Shown: positions 10,765-21,105, counted from the first letter of the stretch. The stretch is 64,000 nt of DNA from Campylobacterales bacterium (GCA_027082175.1 JALWIX010000013.1:5405-69404), one strand, 5' to 3'. Program-made: numbers and translations. Notes: generated from the sequence alone by a model not told the origin.

Positions 10765-10785
10765 GCAGAAGCTTATGCAGCTTCT
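10765..10785. terminator. Hairpin overlapping the rpsT stop codon
   Basis: CAGAAGCT-tatgc-AGCTTCTG, a perfect 8-bp inverted repeat. Confidence 0.55.
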
Positions 10786-11045
10786 GTCATAGAATTTACG
10801 AGTTTATGAAGTCTTGAAACTTTTCTTGCAGCGGTATTTTTCTTTAAAACGCCTTTACTTACATATTTGTGAAATTCTCTATTGGCTATTTTCAAAGCTT
10901 CTAAAGCTTTTTCTTTGTCGCCTGCAGCCACGGCTTCTCTTACAGCTTTTGTAATATTTTTAATTCTTGTTCTGTAAAATCTGTTTCTTTGAGTTCTTTT
11001 AGCTGTTTGGCGAATTCTTTTTAAAGCGGATTTATGATGTGCCAT
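10773..11045 (-). CDS. rpsT: 30S ribosomal protein S20
   Basis: [13 protein letters not shown]...[11 protein letters not shown]. Confidence 0.97.
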   Translation of the reverse strand: MAHHKSALKRIRQTAKRTQRNRFYRTRIKNITKAVREAVAAGDKEKALEALKIANREFHKYVSKGVLKKNTAARKVSRLHKLVNSMTEAA

Positions 11046-11226
11046 ATTTTTTAATCCTTTTCATTTATTTTAGGTTAGAATGTTACTCAAATATAGTTTA
11101 ATTTTAGCTTAATTTAAATCTTTTTTAAGCTAGTTTCCATTAGATACGACTCTATATTTATTATGTTTTTGTCATTTTATAGTAAAATACATACCTTGAT
11201 ATTGTACAAAAAACAAGGACGTTTAT

Positions 11227-12567
11227 ATGAGACTTTTTGGAACGGACGGAGTAAGAGGAGAAGCAGGTAATTTTTTAACGGCTGAACTTGTTATGAAGCT
11301 TGCAATGAGCGCGGGAATATATTTTAGAAAAAACTCAATAACAAATAAAATTTTAGTAGGAAAAGATACAAGAAGAAGCGGTTATATGATAGAAAACGCT
11401 ATTGTTAGCGGTTTAACCGCCGTTGGGTATAACGTTATACAAATAGGCCCGATGCCCACACCCGCCGTTGCCTTTTTGACAGAAGATATGAGATGTGATG
11501 CGGGTATTATGATAAGCGCTAGTCACAATCCATACTATGATAACGGTATAAAATTTTTTGACCATCTTGGAAATAAACTTCAAGAGAGCGACGAGAGGGC
11601 AATAGAGGAGATATTTGCGAACAAAGAGATAATAGAAGAGAATCAAAAAACCAAAAAAGAGATCGGCTCTTCGAAAAGAATAGACGACGTAATAGGAAGA
11701 TATATCGTTCATATAAAAAACTCCTTTCCTAAAGAGCTTACTTTAAACGGGATGAGAATAGTCGTAGATACGGCAAACGGTGCCGCGTATAAAGTAGCTC
11801 CGACTATATTTAACGAACTTGGAGCAGAGACTATTGTTATAAACGATGAGCCAAATGGTTTTAATATAAACTATAAATGCGGAGCCATACATCCTGAAGA
11901 TTTGGCAAACGTTGTTAGAAAGTATAGAGCGGACATAGGCTTTGCCCTTGATGGAGACGCAGATAGACTTGTCGTTGTTGACGAAAGAGGAGATATCATA
12001 GACGGAGACAAAATTCTAGGCGCATTAGCTATATATTTAAAAGATCGGGAACAACTTAAAAATAGCGCTATTGTAGCAACAGTTATGAGCAATAAAGCTT
12101 TAGAGGATTTTTTGGAGTCTCACGGTATAAAACTTTTCCGATCATCAGTGGGAGACAAGTATGTTTTTGATGAGATAAAAAAACATAATTTAAATTTTGG
12201 AGGAGAAAATAGCGGACATATTATTCTTACGGATTACGGAAAAACGGGAGACGGTTTAGTCAGCGCGCTTCAAATATTGGCTTACATGCTAAAAAGCGGT
12301 AAAAAAGCAAGCGAAGTTTTAAATCCATTTGAGCTATATCCGCAAATTTTGAAAAATATAAACGTAAAAAGTAAAATTCCGCTCGAAAATATAGCAGGTT
12401 TTAAAGAAAAAATTCAAGATATAGAGAAAAAAGGCATCAGAACGCTTATACGTTATTCCGGGACAGAGAATAAACTAAGAGTTTTACTTGAAGGAAAAGA
12501 ACAAAAAGTTTTAGATAAGGAGATGGAAAAACTACTAGAGTTTTTAAAAAAAGAGCTTGATAGATGA
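11227..12567 (+). CDS. glmM: Phosphoglucosamine mutase
   Basis: [27 protein letters not shown] and RYSGTE motifs. Confidence 0.97.
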   Translation: MRLFGTDGVRGEAGNFLTAELVMKLAMSAGIYFRKNSITNKILVGKDTRRSGYMIENAIVSGLTAVGYNVIQIGPMPTPAVAFLTEDMRCDAGIMISASHNPYYDNGIKFFDHLGNKLQESDERAIEEIFANKEIIEENQKTKKEIGSSKRIDDVIGRYIVHIKNSFPKELTLNGMRIVVDTANGAAYKVAPTIFNELGAETIVINDEPNGFNINYKCGAIHPEDLANVVRKYRADIGFALDGDADRLVVVDERGDIIDGDKILGALAIYLKDREQLKNSAIVATVMSNKALEDFLESHGIKLFRSSVGDKYVFDEIKKHNLNFGGENSGHIILTDYGKTGDGLVSALQILAYMLKSGKKASEVLNPFELYPQILKNINVKSKIPLENIAGFKEKIQDIEKKGIRTLIRYSGTENKLRVLLEGKEQKVLDKEMEKLLEFLKKELDR

Positions 12568-12998
12568 TACGAATCTATTTAATCTTTTTTCTTGCTGCAA
12601 TCGGTATATTTTTAATAGACAAGAGTTTAAAAGACCTTTTTGTAAACGGGCTATATATAGAAAATAGATGTTTAACTTTCGGTTATACTCTAAACAAGGG
12701 AGTGGCGTTTTCGCTTTTCTCCTTTTTAGGACCCTATCTAAAATGGATTTTAACCTCTCTTATAGCTATAGCGTTTATTTATATAAACATTAAAAGATAT
12801 ATCTTAAAATATCCTTTTCCTCTTGGGATACTTTTTGGAGCGGCTTTAGGAAATCTTTACGATAGGTTTGTTTACGGCGGGGTAGTGGATTATGTTTATT
12901 GGCATTGTGGGTTTGATTTTGCTGTTTTTAATTTTGCAGATGTGATGATAGATATCTCAATTTTATGGTTATTATTTCTTAGTTTTAAGAAAAAATAA
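12564..12998 (+). CDS. lspA: Lipoprotein signal peptidase II
   Basis: [16 protein letters not shown] and FNFADVMI motifs. Confidence 0.95.
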   Translation: MIRIYLIFFLAAIGIFLIDKSLKDLFVNGLYIENRCLTFGYTLNKGVAFSLFSFLGPYLKWILTSLIAIAFIYINIKRYILKYPFPLGILFGAALGNLYDRFVYGGVVDYVYWHCGFDFAVFNFADVMIDISILWLLFLSFKKK

Positions 12999-13041
12999 TA
13001 TTTTTTTTGATAAAATCCCTTACTGCCAATCTTCAACAAAT

Positions 13042-13116
13042 GGTCGCGTAGCTCAGGGGTAGAGCACTACGTTGACATCGTAGTGGTCAGAGGTTCGAAT
13101 CCTCTCGCGACCACCA
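13042..13116 (+). tRNA. tRNA-Val(GAC)
   Basis: Acceptor stem GGTCGCG/CGCGACC; anticodon arm CTACG-TTGACAT-CGTAG; GTTCGAAT T-loop; encoded CCA. Confidence 0.97.
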
Positions 13117-13121
13117 TATGG

Positions 13122-13153
13122 AATTTTTTTGACAACTGCTTGTCAAAAAAATT
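13122..13153 (+). terminator. Long hairpin downstream of tRNA-Val
   Basis: AATTTTTTTGACAA-ctgc-TTGTCAAAAAAATT, a perfect 14-bp stem. Confidence 0.65.
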
Positions 13154-13219
13154 GCTAACACACTTTGAAGCTTTTTTCGTTTATGCAAAGCGTAGCAAGA
13201 AGCAGTTAATGAGGATTTA

Positions 13220-13295
13220 GGAATTAGGAATTAGGAATTGGGAATTGATAAGAAGATTTTAATTAACAAATTCCCAATTCCTAATTCCCAATTCC
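13220..13295. repeat. Heptamer-armed palindrome (GGAATTR)4 ... (NAATTCC)4, copy 1
   Basis: Four tandem GGAATT(A/G) units, a 20-nt spacer, then four inverted units; lies just upstream of the thrS RBS. Confidence 0.9.
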
Positions 13296-13314
13296 ATTTT
13301 TTAAAAGGACTTTA

Positions 13315-15132
13315 TTGGAACCAATTGCAATAAAACAAGATAATGAGATAGTTGATCTACAAACGGCAAAGGCAAAAGATATAGATATTGAATCCGCAAA
13401 AAAAATCTATCCTGAAAATACTCAAGAAGCTCTTGAAGTTATCAGGCACTCAACCGCGCATCTTATGGCTCAAGCCATAAAAGAACTATATCCAGACGCA
13501 AAATTTTTTGTAGGTCCCGTAGTAGACGAAGGGTTTTATTACGATTTTAGAGTAGGGGAGAAGATAAGCGAAGATGATCTTCCCAAAATTGAAAAAAAGA
13601 TGGCCGAAATCGCAAAAAGAAAATTAGATATTGAAAGATACGAGCTTCCAAAGAATGAGGCGATAGAAAAATTCAAAGATGACGATTTAAAGCAAGAAGT
13701 TTTGAAAAATATCCCTAGCGATACTGTATCCATATATAAGCAGGGAGATTTTGAAGACCTTTGTCGAGGACCTCACGTTCCAAATACCAAATATCTAAAA
13801 CATTTCAAACTAACCCGTGTTGCCGGAGCCTATCTTGGAGGCGACGAATCAAAAGAGATGCTAACTAGAATCTACGGTATAGCTTTCGCAGATAAAAAGT
13901 CCCTTAAAGATTATATCACAATGATTGAAGAAGCCAAAAAGAGAGATCATAGAAAATTGGGAAGCGAGCTTGAACTTTTTATCTTTAACGAAGAGGTCGG
14001 AGCGGGTCTTCCTATCTGGCTTCCAAAAGGGGCAAGACTTAGAAGCAAATTAGAATCGCTTCTTTTTAAAGCGCATAGAAAAAGAGGTTATCAGCCTGTT
14101 AGAGGACCTGAACTTTTAAAAAGTGATCTTTGGAAAAAGAGCGGACATTATGCTAATTATGGCGAAAATATGTATTTTACCGAGATAGAAGGACAAGAGT
14201 ACGGAATAAAACCTATGAACTGTCTCGGGCATATTATGGTTTATAAATCTAAAAAGAGAAGCTATAAAGAGCTACCGCTGAAACTCTTTGAATATGGAGT
14301 AGTTCATAGACACGAAAAAAGCGGCGTACTACACGGACTACTCAGAGTTAGAGAGTTTACTCAAGACGATGCGCATATTTTCTGCACGCCGGATCAGATA
14401 AAAGAGAATGTATTAGAGGTTTTGAGTTTTGTTGATGAGATTATGAAGAGTTTTGACTTTAAATATGAAATGGAAATCTCTACAAAACCACAAAAATTTA
14501 TAGGAAGTGACGAGATATGGGAAAAAGCCACTATTGCCTTAAAAGAGGCTTTAGATGAAAACGGGCATAAATATGGCATAGATGAGGGTGGCGGAGCATT
14601 TTATGGTCCAAAAATAGATATAAAAATAACAGATGCAATAGGAAGAAAATGGCAGTGCGGAACGATACAAGTAGATTTTAATCTGCCTGAAAGATTCGAG
14701 TTAACCTTTATCAGTGATAGTAACGAAGAAACGCGTCCTGTTATGATTCACAGAGCTATTCTTGGCTCTTTTGAAAGATTTATTGGGATTATGACAGAGC
14801 ACTATGCCGGAGAATTTCCTTTTTTTATAGCCCCGACTCAAGTTATTTTTATCCCAATAGCAGACTCTCACAAAAACTACGCATACGAATTAAGCGAAAA
14901 ATTGCTAAATATAGAAGTGGACAGCGAAGTTTTCTATAAAAATGAAAGCTTAAACAAAAGAATTAGAACGGCCGAAAAACAGAAAGTTCCTATGATAGTA
15001 GTTATAGGCGACAAAGAAGTTGAAGAAAAAAGTGTATCTATAAGGGACAGAAGAGAAAGAATACAGTATAATATATCTGAAAAAGAGTTTTTAGATAAAA
15101 TTAAGGAGAAATTAAGTGAGGTACGCTTTTGA
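13315..15132 (+). CDS. thrS: Threonine--tRNA ligase
   Basis: [40 protein letters not shown] and AFYGPKID motifs; TTG start. Confidence 0.98.
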   Translation: MEPIAIKQDNEIVDLQTAKAKDIDIESAKKIYPENTQEALEVIRHSTAHLMAQAIKELYPDAKFFVGPVVDEGFYYDFRVGEKISEDDLPKIEKKMAEIAKRKLDIERYELPKNEAIEKFKDDDLKQEVLKNIPSDTVSIYKQGDFEDLCRGPHVPNTKYLKHFKLTRVAGAYLGGDESKEMLTRIYGIAFADKKSLKDYITMIEEAKKRDHRKLGSELELFIFNEEVGAGLPIWLPKGARLRSKLESLLFKAHRKRGYQPVRGPELLKSDLWKKSGHYANYGENMYFTEIEGQEYGIKPMNCLGHIMVYKSKKRSYKELPLKLFEYGVVHRHEKSGVLHGLLRVREFTQDDAHIFCTPDQIKENVLEVLSFVDEIMKSFDFKYEMEISTKPQKFIGSDEIWEKATIALKEALDENGHKYGIDEGGGAFYGPKIDIKITDAIGRKWQCGTIQVDFNLPERFELTFISDSNEETRPVMIHRAILGSFERFIGIMTEHYAGEFPFFIAPTQVIFIPIADSHKNYAYELSEKLLNIEVDSEVFYKNESLNKRIRTAEKQKVPMIVVIGDKEVEEKSVSIRDRRERIQYNISEKEFLDKIKEKLSEVRF

Positions 15133-15662
15133 GTAAGAAAAATGTTGAAGTGCTCTTAAATGAAGATATAAGAGCCGAAAAGGTTAGGTGTATAGGTGAG
15201 GACGGAACTCAGTATGGTATCATCTCTAGAGACGAGGCGTTGGATATAGCGGAAGAAAAAGGTCTTGATCTCGTTTTAATAGCACCTAATGCCAATCCTC
15301 CTGTATGTAAAATTATGGATTTTGGCAAATTTAAGTATCAGCAGGAAAAAAAGAAAAAAGAGGCCAAGAAAAAACAGGCTAAGATAGAAGTAAAAGAGAT
15401 AAAGCTTTCAGTAAAGATAGCTCAAAACGATATAGATTACAAAGTAAAACATGCAAGAGAGTTTTTGGAAAAAGGAAAACATGTAAAATTTAGAGTTTTC
15501 CTAAAAGGTAGAGAGATGGCTCATCCCGAAGCTGGGGTAGAGGTATTAGAAAAGATAATACCTATGATAGAAGATATTGGAACCGTAGAGAAAAAGCCTC
15601 ATGTTGAGGGAAGATACGTCAATATGATGGTAATTCCGAAGAAAGAGGATAAGAAAAAATAA
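15129..15662 (+). CDS. infC: Translation initiation factor IF-3
   Basis: [20 protein letters not shown] and KVKHAREFL motifs; 4-nt overlap with thrS. Confidence 0.97.
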   Translation: MSKKNVEVLLNEDIRAEKVRCIGEDGTQYGIISRDEALDIAEEKGLDLVLIAPNANPPVCKIMDFGKFKYQQEKKKKEAKKKQAKIEVKEIKLSVKIAQNDIDYKVKHAREFLEKGKHVKFRVFLKGREMAHPEAGVEVLEKIIPMIEDIGTVEKKPHVEGRYVNMMVIPKKEDKKK

Positions 15663-15668
15663 CTTTTA

Positions 15669-15741
15669 TAATTAGGAATTGGGAATTAGGAATTAGCTTA
15701 TTTAAAAAACACAAATTCCCAATTCCAAATTACCAATTACC
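15669..15741. repeat. Heptamer-armed palindrome, copy 2
   Basis: GGAATTG GGAATTA GGAATTA ... AAATTCC CAATTCC AAATTAC CAATTAC between infC and rpmI. Confidence 0.88.
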
Positions 15742-15811
15742 TCTTTATTTTAATCTCCCATTTATAAACTTTCGATATAATATGCACCTTAAATTCTGCA
15801 AAGGAGAAAAG

Positions 15812-16006
15812 ATGCCTAAGATGAAAACACATCGCGGCGCTGCCAAGAGATTTAAAAAAACGAAAAATAAAATCAAAAGAGGAAGCGCTTTTAGAAGTCA
15901 CATATTGACCAAAAAGTCGCCTAAAACTAAAAGAGGATTAAAAGCGCCACACTACGTAAGTAGCGTCGATCAACCGAGAATTATAGAGTTAATAGCTACA
16001 TACTAA
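15812..16006 (+). CDS. rpmI: 50S ribosomal protein L35
   Basis: [17 protein letters not shown]...HILTKKS; AAGGAG RBS before 15812. Confidence 0.97.
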   Translation: MPKMKTHRGAAKRFKKTKNKIKRGSAFRSHILTKKSPKTKRGLKAPHYVSSVDQPRIIELIATY

Positions 16007-16081
16007 TAGCGTAACTCCGCCCAAAAGGGCCAAGTCCTCATTTGAGGCACCTAAAAAATAAAAAAGGTAAAGGGAGAAAAA

Positions 16082-16432
16082 ATGAGAGTAAAGACAGGTA
16101 CGGTAAGAAGAAGAAGACATAAAAAGATATTAAAACTTGCAAAAGGTTTCTACAGCGGTAGAAGAAAACATTTTAGAAAAGCTAAAGAGCAGTTAGAGAG
16201 ATCTTTAGTTTACGCTTACAGAGACAGAAGACAGAAAAAAAGAGATTTTAGAAAGCTTTGGATTATAAGAATAAACGCAGCTTGTAGGTTAAACGATATA
16301 AGCTATTCAAGATTTATTCACGGTCTAAAAAAAGCCGGCATCGAACTTGATAGAAAAATCTTGGCAGATTTAGCGATGAATGAACCTGAAAACTTTGCTA
16401 AAATAGTGGAAAAAGCAAAAGCGGCTCTTTAA
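16082..16432 (+). CDS. rplT: 50S ribosomal protein L20
   Basis: [30 protein letters not shown] and [10 protein letters not shown] motifs. Confidence 0.98.
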   Translation: MRVKTGTVRRRRHKKILKLAKGFYSGRRKHFRKAKEQLERSLVYAYRDRRQKKRDFRKLWIIRINAACRLNDISYSRFIHGLKKAGIELDRKILADLAMNEPENFAKIVEKAKAAL

Positions 16433-16444
16433 TAAGCCGCTTTT
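16417..16444 (+). terminator. Intrinsic terminator-like hairpin after rplT
   Basis: AAAAGCGGCT-N8-AGCCGCTTTT. Confidence 0.7.
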
Positions 16445-16522
16445 CGGGGTGTAGCGCAGCCTGGTTAGCGCACTACCTTGGGGTGGTAGAGGTCGCGGGT
16501 TCAAATCCCGCCACTCCGACCA
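16445..16522 (+). tRNA. tRNA-Pro(GGG)
   Basis: Acceptor stem CGGGGTG/CACTCCG; anticodon arm CTACC-TTGGGGT-GGTAG; GTTCAAAT T-loop; encoded CCA. Confidence 0.97.
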
Positions 16523-16704
16523 TCTTTTCCTCCATTTTTTCAGTTATCTTCTAAGCAAAACTAAAATATATAATTTACTAACTTTTAACTGAAGCACTTG
16601 CTTTCAAAAAGCCACTAAATCTCAAGCAAAATATTATCGAAATACGCTTTGGTGAAAATTTATAGATTGTTTTTGATAAAAATTTTTCAATCTCCTATTT
16701 AAAT

Positions 16705-16741
16705 GCGACTAAAGTTGCTGTAAGATATAAAAAGATATACT
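16705..16741 (+). promoter_or_regulatory. Putative operator palindrome plus -10 box upstream of the yfdX-like gene
   Basis: GCGAC-TAAA-GTTGC-TG, 15 nt, TATACT; the same architecture recurs at 18247-18283. Confidence 0.6.
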
Positions 16742-16777
16742 AAACTTATATCAACCAAAAAATTTAAGGAGGTTGAT

Positions 16778-17659
16778 ATGAAAAAACTTATTGTTTCTGC
16801 GGCTGTTGCGATTACGCTTTTGTCTGTAAATGCTGCTTTCGCTAGCGAAGCTTCACAAGTTGTTTCAAATAAAGCTGTAAATAAAGCAAAAATAGAGGCT
16901 AAAAAACAGCAAAATCAGGTTAAAATTATCAAAGAGGCGGTTCAAGCGGTTACGTTAACGCAAGAAGTATTGAAGTCGCTTGAAAAGGGTGATAAAAACG
17001 AGGCTTTAAAGAAACTTGAAAAAGCAATAGGAAAGCTAGAAATTGTTTTAGAAGCTCCAAATGCTCCAGCATTAATACCTATAGATAGTTCTGTGGAGGT
17101 TGTTGAATATCCCGGCACTGTTAAGGATATTGAGATTGCGCTTATAACCGTAAAGGCACTCTTAAAAGAGAACAAAGTTCAAGAGGCTAGAAGAGTGCTT
17201 AACACATTAAGAAGCGAGATCGTTTTGAAAACAGTTAATTTACCTTTAGCCTCCTATCCGGCAGCTTTAAAACTTGCCGCAAAATTTTTGCACGAGGATA
17301 GGGTGGAAGAGGCTAAGAGAGTTTTAAATCAGGCTTTATTGACTTTTGTAGAAGCAGATATTATAACTCCTATACCTCTCTTGAAAGCTCAACTCCTTGT
17401 GGAAGAGGCTAAGAAAATAGCTAAAACAGATAGAAAGAGAGCTTTAGACTATCTCAAAGAAGCGAAATATAGCCTTAAAAAAGCTGAGGCTTTAGGATAT
17501 ACTAGCGACTCTGATACAACTTATAAAAACTTAGAAGAGTCAATTGAAAAGATAGAGAAAGAGGTTAAAGGAAAAAATAGTGCAGAAAAACTTTTTGAAG
17601 AACTTATTGAAAAGATAAAAGATTTTAAAGAAAAAGCGATTAAATCAATTTCTAAATAA
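16778..17659 (+). CDS. YfdX-family periplasmic protein
   Basis: Signal peptide; helical Ala/Lys-rich body with LPLASYPAAL and IPLLKAQ segments recalled from YfdX proteins; AGGAGG RBS. Confidence 0.75.
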   Translation: MKKLIVSAAVAITLLSVNAAFASEASQVVSNKAVNKAKIEAKKQQNQVKIIKEAVQAVTLTQEVLKSLEKGDKNEALKKLEKAIGKLEIVLEAPNAPALIPIDSSVEVVEYPGTVKDIEIALITVKALLKENKVQEARRVLNTLRSEIVLKTVNLPLASYPAALKLAAKFLHEDRVEEAKRVLNQALLTFVEADIITPIPLLKAQLLVEEAKKIAKTDRKRALDYLKEAKYSLKKAEALGYTSDSDTTYKNLEESIEKIEKEVKGKNSAEKLFEELIEKIKDFKEKAIKSISK

Positions 17660-17668
17660 GGTTAAAAA

Positions 17669-18223
17669 ATGATAGGTTATCCAAATCAAAAAGAGTTATT
17701 AAAACAGTTTAGTAAAAATTCTAAAATTGCCGGCGTGATCTTTTTAATAATTGGTCTTGCGGGGATGTTCTTTCCCGCATTTTTATCCATAGCTACCGCG
17801 TATTTTGTAGCTTGGATGCTTATATTAAGCGCTTTAATGGCGGGCTATCACACATATAAAATTGATAAAAAAGATTGGCTTGGTTGGCTAAAAGCCTTTG
17901 TTTTCGGTCTAACAGGCATTTTAATAGCTCTTAATCCTCTTCCTGGAGTTGCCGCGCTTGGGATAATTTTAGCTATATTTTTCTTTTTTGACGGATTTAG
18001 CTCTTTTGCGTTAGCATTTGAGCTTAAACCTCAAAAGTGGTGGTGGCTGTCCTTATTAAATGGAGTGCTTTCTGTGATATTGGCCATTATTATATTGGTT
18101 GGATGGCCGTTCAGTTCACTTTGGATAGTAGGATTTTTCGTAGGTATCAGTCTTTTCTTCGATGGTTTAGTACTTCTTAGCCTTAGCAGTTACGCAAAAA
18201 AAATGGATGAAGAGAATAATTGA
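17669..18223 (+). CDS. HdeD/DUF308-family acid-resistance membrane protein
   Basis: Six hydrophobic segments; LLNGVLSVILAIIILVGWPFSSLWIVGFFVGISLFFDG is typical of HdeD. Confidence 0.85.
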   Translation: MIGYPNQKELLKQFSKNSKIAGVIFLIIGLAGMFFPAFLSIATAYFVAWMLILSALMAGYHTYKIDKKDWLGWLKAFVFGLTGILIALNPLPGVAALGIILAIFFFFDGFSSFALAFELKPQKWWWLSLLNGVLSVILAIIILVGWPFSSLWIVGFFVGISLFFDGLVLLSLSSYAKKMDEENN

Positions 18224-18246
18224 TCTCTTCATCCAATATCTCTTTT

Positions 18247-18283
18247 GCTACTAAAGTTGCTGACAAGTTATAGGCGTTAAACT
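18247..18283 (+). promoter_or_regulatory. Second copy of the operator palindrome plus -10 box, upstream of the peroxiredoxin
   Basis: GCTAC-TAAA-GTTGC-TG, 15 nt, TAAACT. Confidence 0.6.
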
Positions 18284-18333
18284 AAAATTTTATTAGCAAA
18301 ACAGATATAACCAATTTTTTGAAGGAGGCAAAT

Positions 18334-19170
18334 ATGGGGTGGAAAGAGGAGCTCAAAAAGAGAATAGAAGATATTGTAGATAGTCAAAAGGATGTGGCTA
18401 AAAAGATTGCCTCTTTGATAGAAGAACAGTATGAAGAGCTGACAAAAAAAGCGAAAGAGGAGAAAAAGGAGCTTGAAGAAATAGTTGGAGAGATCGTTGA
18501 TATAGTTACAAAAAAAATAAAAAAAGAGGAGCAGAGGATGTCTATGCCGCTGTTGGGAGATAAGTTTCCGACTTTAGAAGTACAAACGACACACGGAAAA
18601 ATGGTTTTGCCTGATGATTTAAGAGGAAAATGGACAGTTCTTTTCAGCCACCCAGCAGATTTTACTCCTGTTTGTACAACCGAGTTTGTATCTTTTCAAA
18701 AACATAAAAAAGAGTTTGATGAGATCAACACGCAACTAATCGGTCTTTCAATAGATCAAGTGTTTTCACATATAAAATGGGTGGAATGGATTAAAGAAAA
18801 ACTAGAGGTAGAGATAGAGTTTCCGATAATTGCGGCAACAGATACTATTGCGGCAAAAATAGGTATGGTCCATCCAGGTAAAGGAACAAATACTGTAAGA
18901 GCCGTATTTATTTTAGACCCTGAAGGAGTTGTAAGAACTATCCTATACTATCCTCAGGAGATAGGAAGAAATATCTCAGAAATTGTTAGAGCTGTAAAAG
19001 CTTTGCAAAAAAGTGACGCTGATGGTGTTGCTACTCCAGCAAATTGGCCGGAAAACGAGCTTATCAAAGATAGAGTCATTATTCCGCCTGCTACTGATTG
19101 CGAGAGTGCGGCCAAAAGAACAAAAGAGTATGAATGTTTTGACTGGTGGTTCTGTCACAAAGAAGCGTAA
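18334..19170 (+). CDS. Peroxiredoxin (Prx6/archaeal TDXH-like) with a 68-aa N-terminal coiled-coil extension
   Basis: [17 protein letters not shown] and C-terminal CFDWWFC motifs; core starts at 18538; AGGAGG RBS before 18334. Confidence 0.9.
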   Translation: MGWKEELKKRIEDIVDSQKDVAKKIASLIEEQYEELTKKAKEEKKELEEIVGEIVDIVTKKIKKEEQRMSMPLLGDKFPTLEVQTTHGKMVLPDDLRGKWTVLFSHPADFTPVCTTEFVSFQKHKKEFDEINTQLIGLSIDQVFSHIKWVEWIKEKLEVEIEFPIIAATDTIAAKIGMVHPGKGTNTVRAVFILDPEGVVRTILYYPQEIGRNISEIVRAVKALQKSDADGVATPANWPENELIKDRVIIPPATDCESAAKRTKEYECFDWWFCHKEA

Positions 19171-19185
19171 GCCTAAGGCTTGCGC
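19165..19185 (+). terminator. Hairpin at the peroxiredoxin stop codon
   Basis: GCGTAAGCC-taa-GGCTTGCGC (9 bp, one G.U pair). Confidence 0.5.
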
Positions 19186-19248
19186 AATTTTGCTTTGAAT
19201 AAGTATATAGACAATATATTTATTTAAAGCAAAATAGGAGGAGAAAAG

Positions 19249-21105
19249 ATGGTTATTAAAAAAGAGGCCGCAAAAATTTTGATCGCACTATATAGAAGTG
19301 ATGATAAAACTATTAATGTGGATAAACTCAACAGTGAAGCTATTATGGAGTTGAATCTTGCAGGTATTGTTAGATTTCCTATGCCATCTAAAATAGAGCT
19401 GACATATGGCGGAAAATTAGTTGCTGAGGTTTTAGAGAGGGTTAAAGATAAAATCCAAAATTTAGATGGTTGGAAAGAAAATTTCAAATGGATCAGCAGT
19501 GAAGTTATAGCTATGATAGATGCTGCTGTAAAAAGCAAAGAAAAAACGACAAAAATATCTCAAGATGAACTTTTAAAAAGAGGTTTTGCTGATGAAAACG
19601 GTAACTTAACCAAAGAGGGAAAAGATATATATGAAGCTTACAAAATAATAAAACCAGAGCTTGTTATAGACGCTAAACTTGCCGACTATATAAGAAAATC
19701 GCCTATGGGTCCTACAGATGCGCACTATCTGCCAATAGTTGGAAATAGCAAAGATCTGCTTGAGGCTATGAGGCTTATAGCATACTCAATGCCTATTGGT
19801 GAATACTTTACCTTCACAGGTTTAGGACAAGTTGTAAAAGAGACACTTACTTTAGGCGGATGGGCAAATGAAGGAAGTGTTTTAGATATCTCTATTTTAG
19901 AGGATATTGCAAAAGTAGCTGACGGAGAAGAGTTAGAACTTGAAGCGTTGACAAATCTTGAAAGTTTAGGATATATTGAAGATACAGACAGATTGACAAT
20001 GGCCGGAGAAAAAGCTTTAGAGGTTTATAGAATATACAAAGATTTAGAAGATAAGCCATTCAAATCTTTTGCTATCGAAAAAGAAGAGGTTGAAACATTA
20101 AAAACAATACAAAAAATCTGGGATGAAAAAACTGCTAACAATCCTGAAGAACTTCCAACTTTTGAAGAGATAAAAAAAGAACTTGTAGATAGAAAAGTCG
20201 CCGAATATAAAAAAATAGTTGAAAAATATGGCAGAAGATTAGATGAAATGCCAAAGAAAAAACAAGAGATCGCCAAAAAATATAGCGAAGCAAAAGATAT
20301 GGTGAAATGGTTTGAAGAGAATTTTGATCTAAGAGAGTATCTATACTCCTTGGAGGCTTTTGGACTTATTAGAGAAGGAGTAGATAAATCCGGAAGAGAG
20401 GTGTATTTTGTTACAGAAGATGGAAAAAAAGTAATAGAAGATCAAACTGACGAAAGAAGTATACACTCTTGGAGTGTTAAGACTCTAACAATTTCAAACA
20501 AAATTTTCAGCTCTCCTAACAAAGAGTGGGTAGAAGAAGCAAGAGGAGAGAGAATTCTTGGCACATACGAGCCTAGCAAATCTGGACTTTTATACGAAGA
20601 ACTAGCAATAAAACCTAAACTTCCATTTATGACAAAATATGAGATGGAGATATTTAAAACGATTCCGGACTCTGGAATTGCTTGTGATGAACTACTTGAA
20701 AATAAAAATGAAAAAGAAAAAACGAGAATTCTTGAGAGTTTAGATAAATTGGAAGCAAAAGGTTTTATAGAGATACTTCCTGATGGACATATCATAGAAA
20801 CCAAATATGGAAAACTTATGGATGAAGCGATGAGCGGAGTTCCCGAAGGATTTGGCGCGCCTGTTAACCCTACAATCTACAGAGTTGTAAAAGCGATTGC
20901 CCAAACCGGAAGTATGTATGTTAAAGAGAAAAAGGTAAGAATACTTCCTAAAAATATAAAGGAAGCCATAAAAAGAAGCGGACTTAGCAAAGAGGTTTTC
21001 GATAAAGCTTATATAGCCGCAAGAGAGGCTAAGTATCTAGGTAAAAATAGCGTAAATGAAGCGGGACTGAAAATGCTTGAAGCGGTAGAGGCTCTAAACT
21101 CTTAA
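19249..21105 (+). CDS. Uncharacterised 618-aa protein, probably DUF505 family (repeated winged-helix-like segments)
   Basis: AGGAGG RBS; recurring L-x-x-L-E-x-x-G-x-I ... L-T-x-x-G patterns; the family name is from recollection, not a search. Confidence 0.65.
   Translation: MVIKKEAAKILIALYRSDDKTINVDKLNSEAIMELNLAGIVRFPMPSKIELTYGGKLVAEVLERVKDKIQNLDGWKENFKWISSEVIAMIDAAVKSKEKTTKISQDELLKRGFADENGNLTKEGKDIYEAYKIIKPELVIDAKLADYIRKSPMGPTDAHYLPIVGNSKDLLEAMRLIAYSMPIGEYFTFTGLGQVVKETLTLGGWANEGSVLDISILEDIAKVADGEELELEALTNLESLGYIEDTDRLTMAGEKALEVYRIYKDLEDKPFKSFAIEKEEVETLKTIQKIWDEKTANNPEELPTFEEIKKELVDRKVAEYKKIVEKYGRRLDEMPKKKQEIAKKYSEAKDMVKWFEENFDLREYLYSLEAFGLIREGVDKSGREVYFVTEDGKKVIEDQTDERSIHSWSVKTLTISNKIFSSPNKEWVEEARGERILGTYEPSKSGLLYEELAIKPKLPFMTKYEMEIFKTIPDSGIACDELLENKNEKEKTRILESLDKLEAKGFIEILPDGHIIETKYGKLMDEAMSGVPEGFGAPVNPTIYRVVKAIAQTGSMYVKEKKVRILPKNIKEAIKRSGLSKEVFDKAYIAAREAKYLGKNSVNEAGLKMLEAVEALNS

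Noticed and set aside
15782-15811. N-terminal extension of L35 given by the ORF track
   Set aside because: The RBS and conserved MPKMKT start place the real start at 15812
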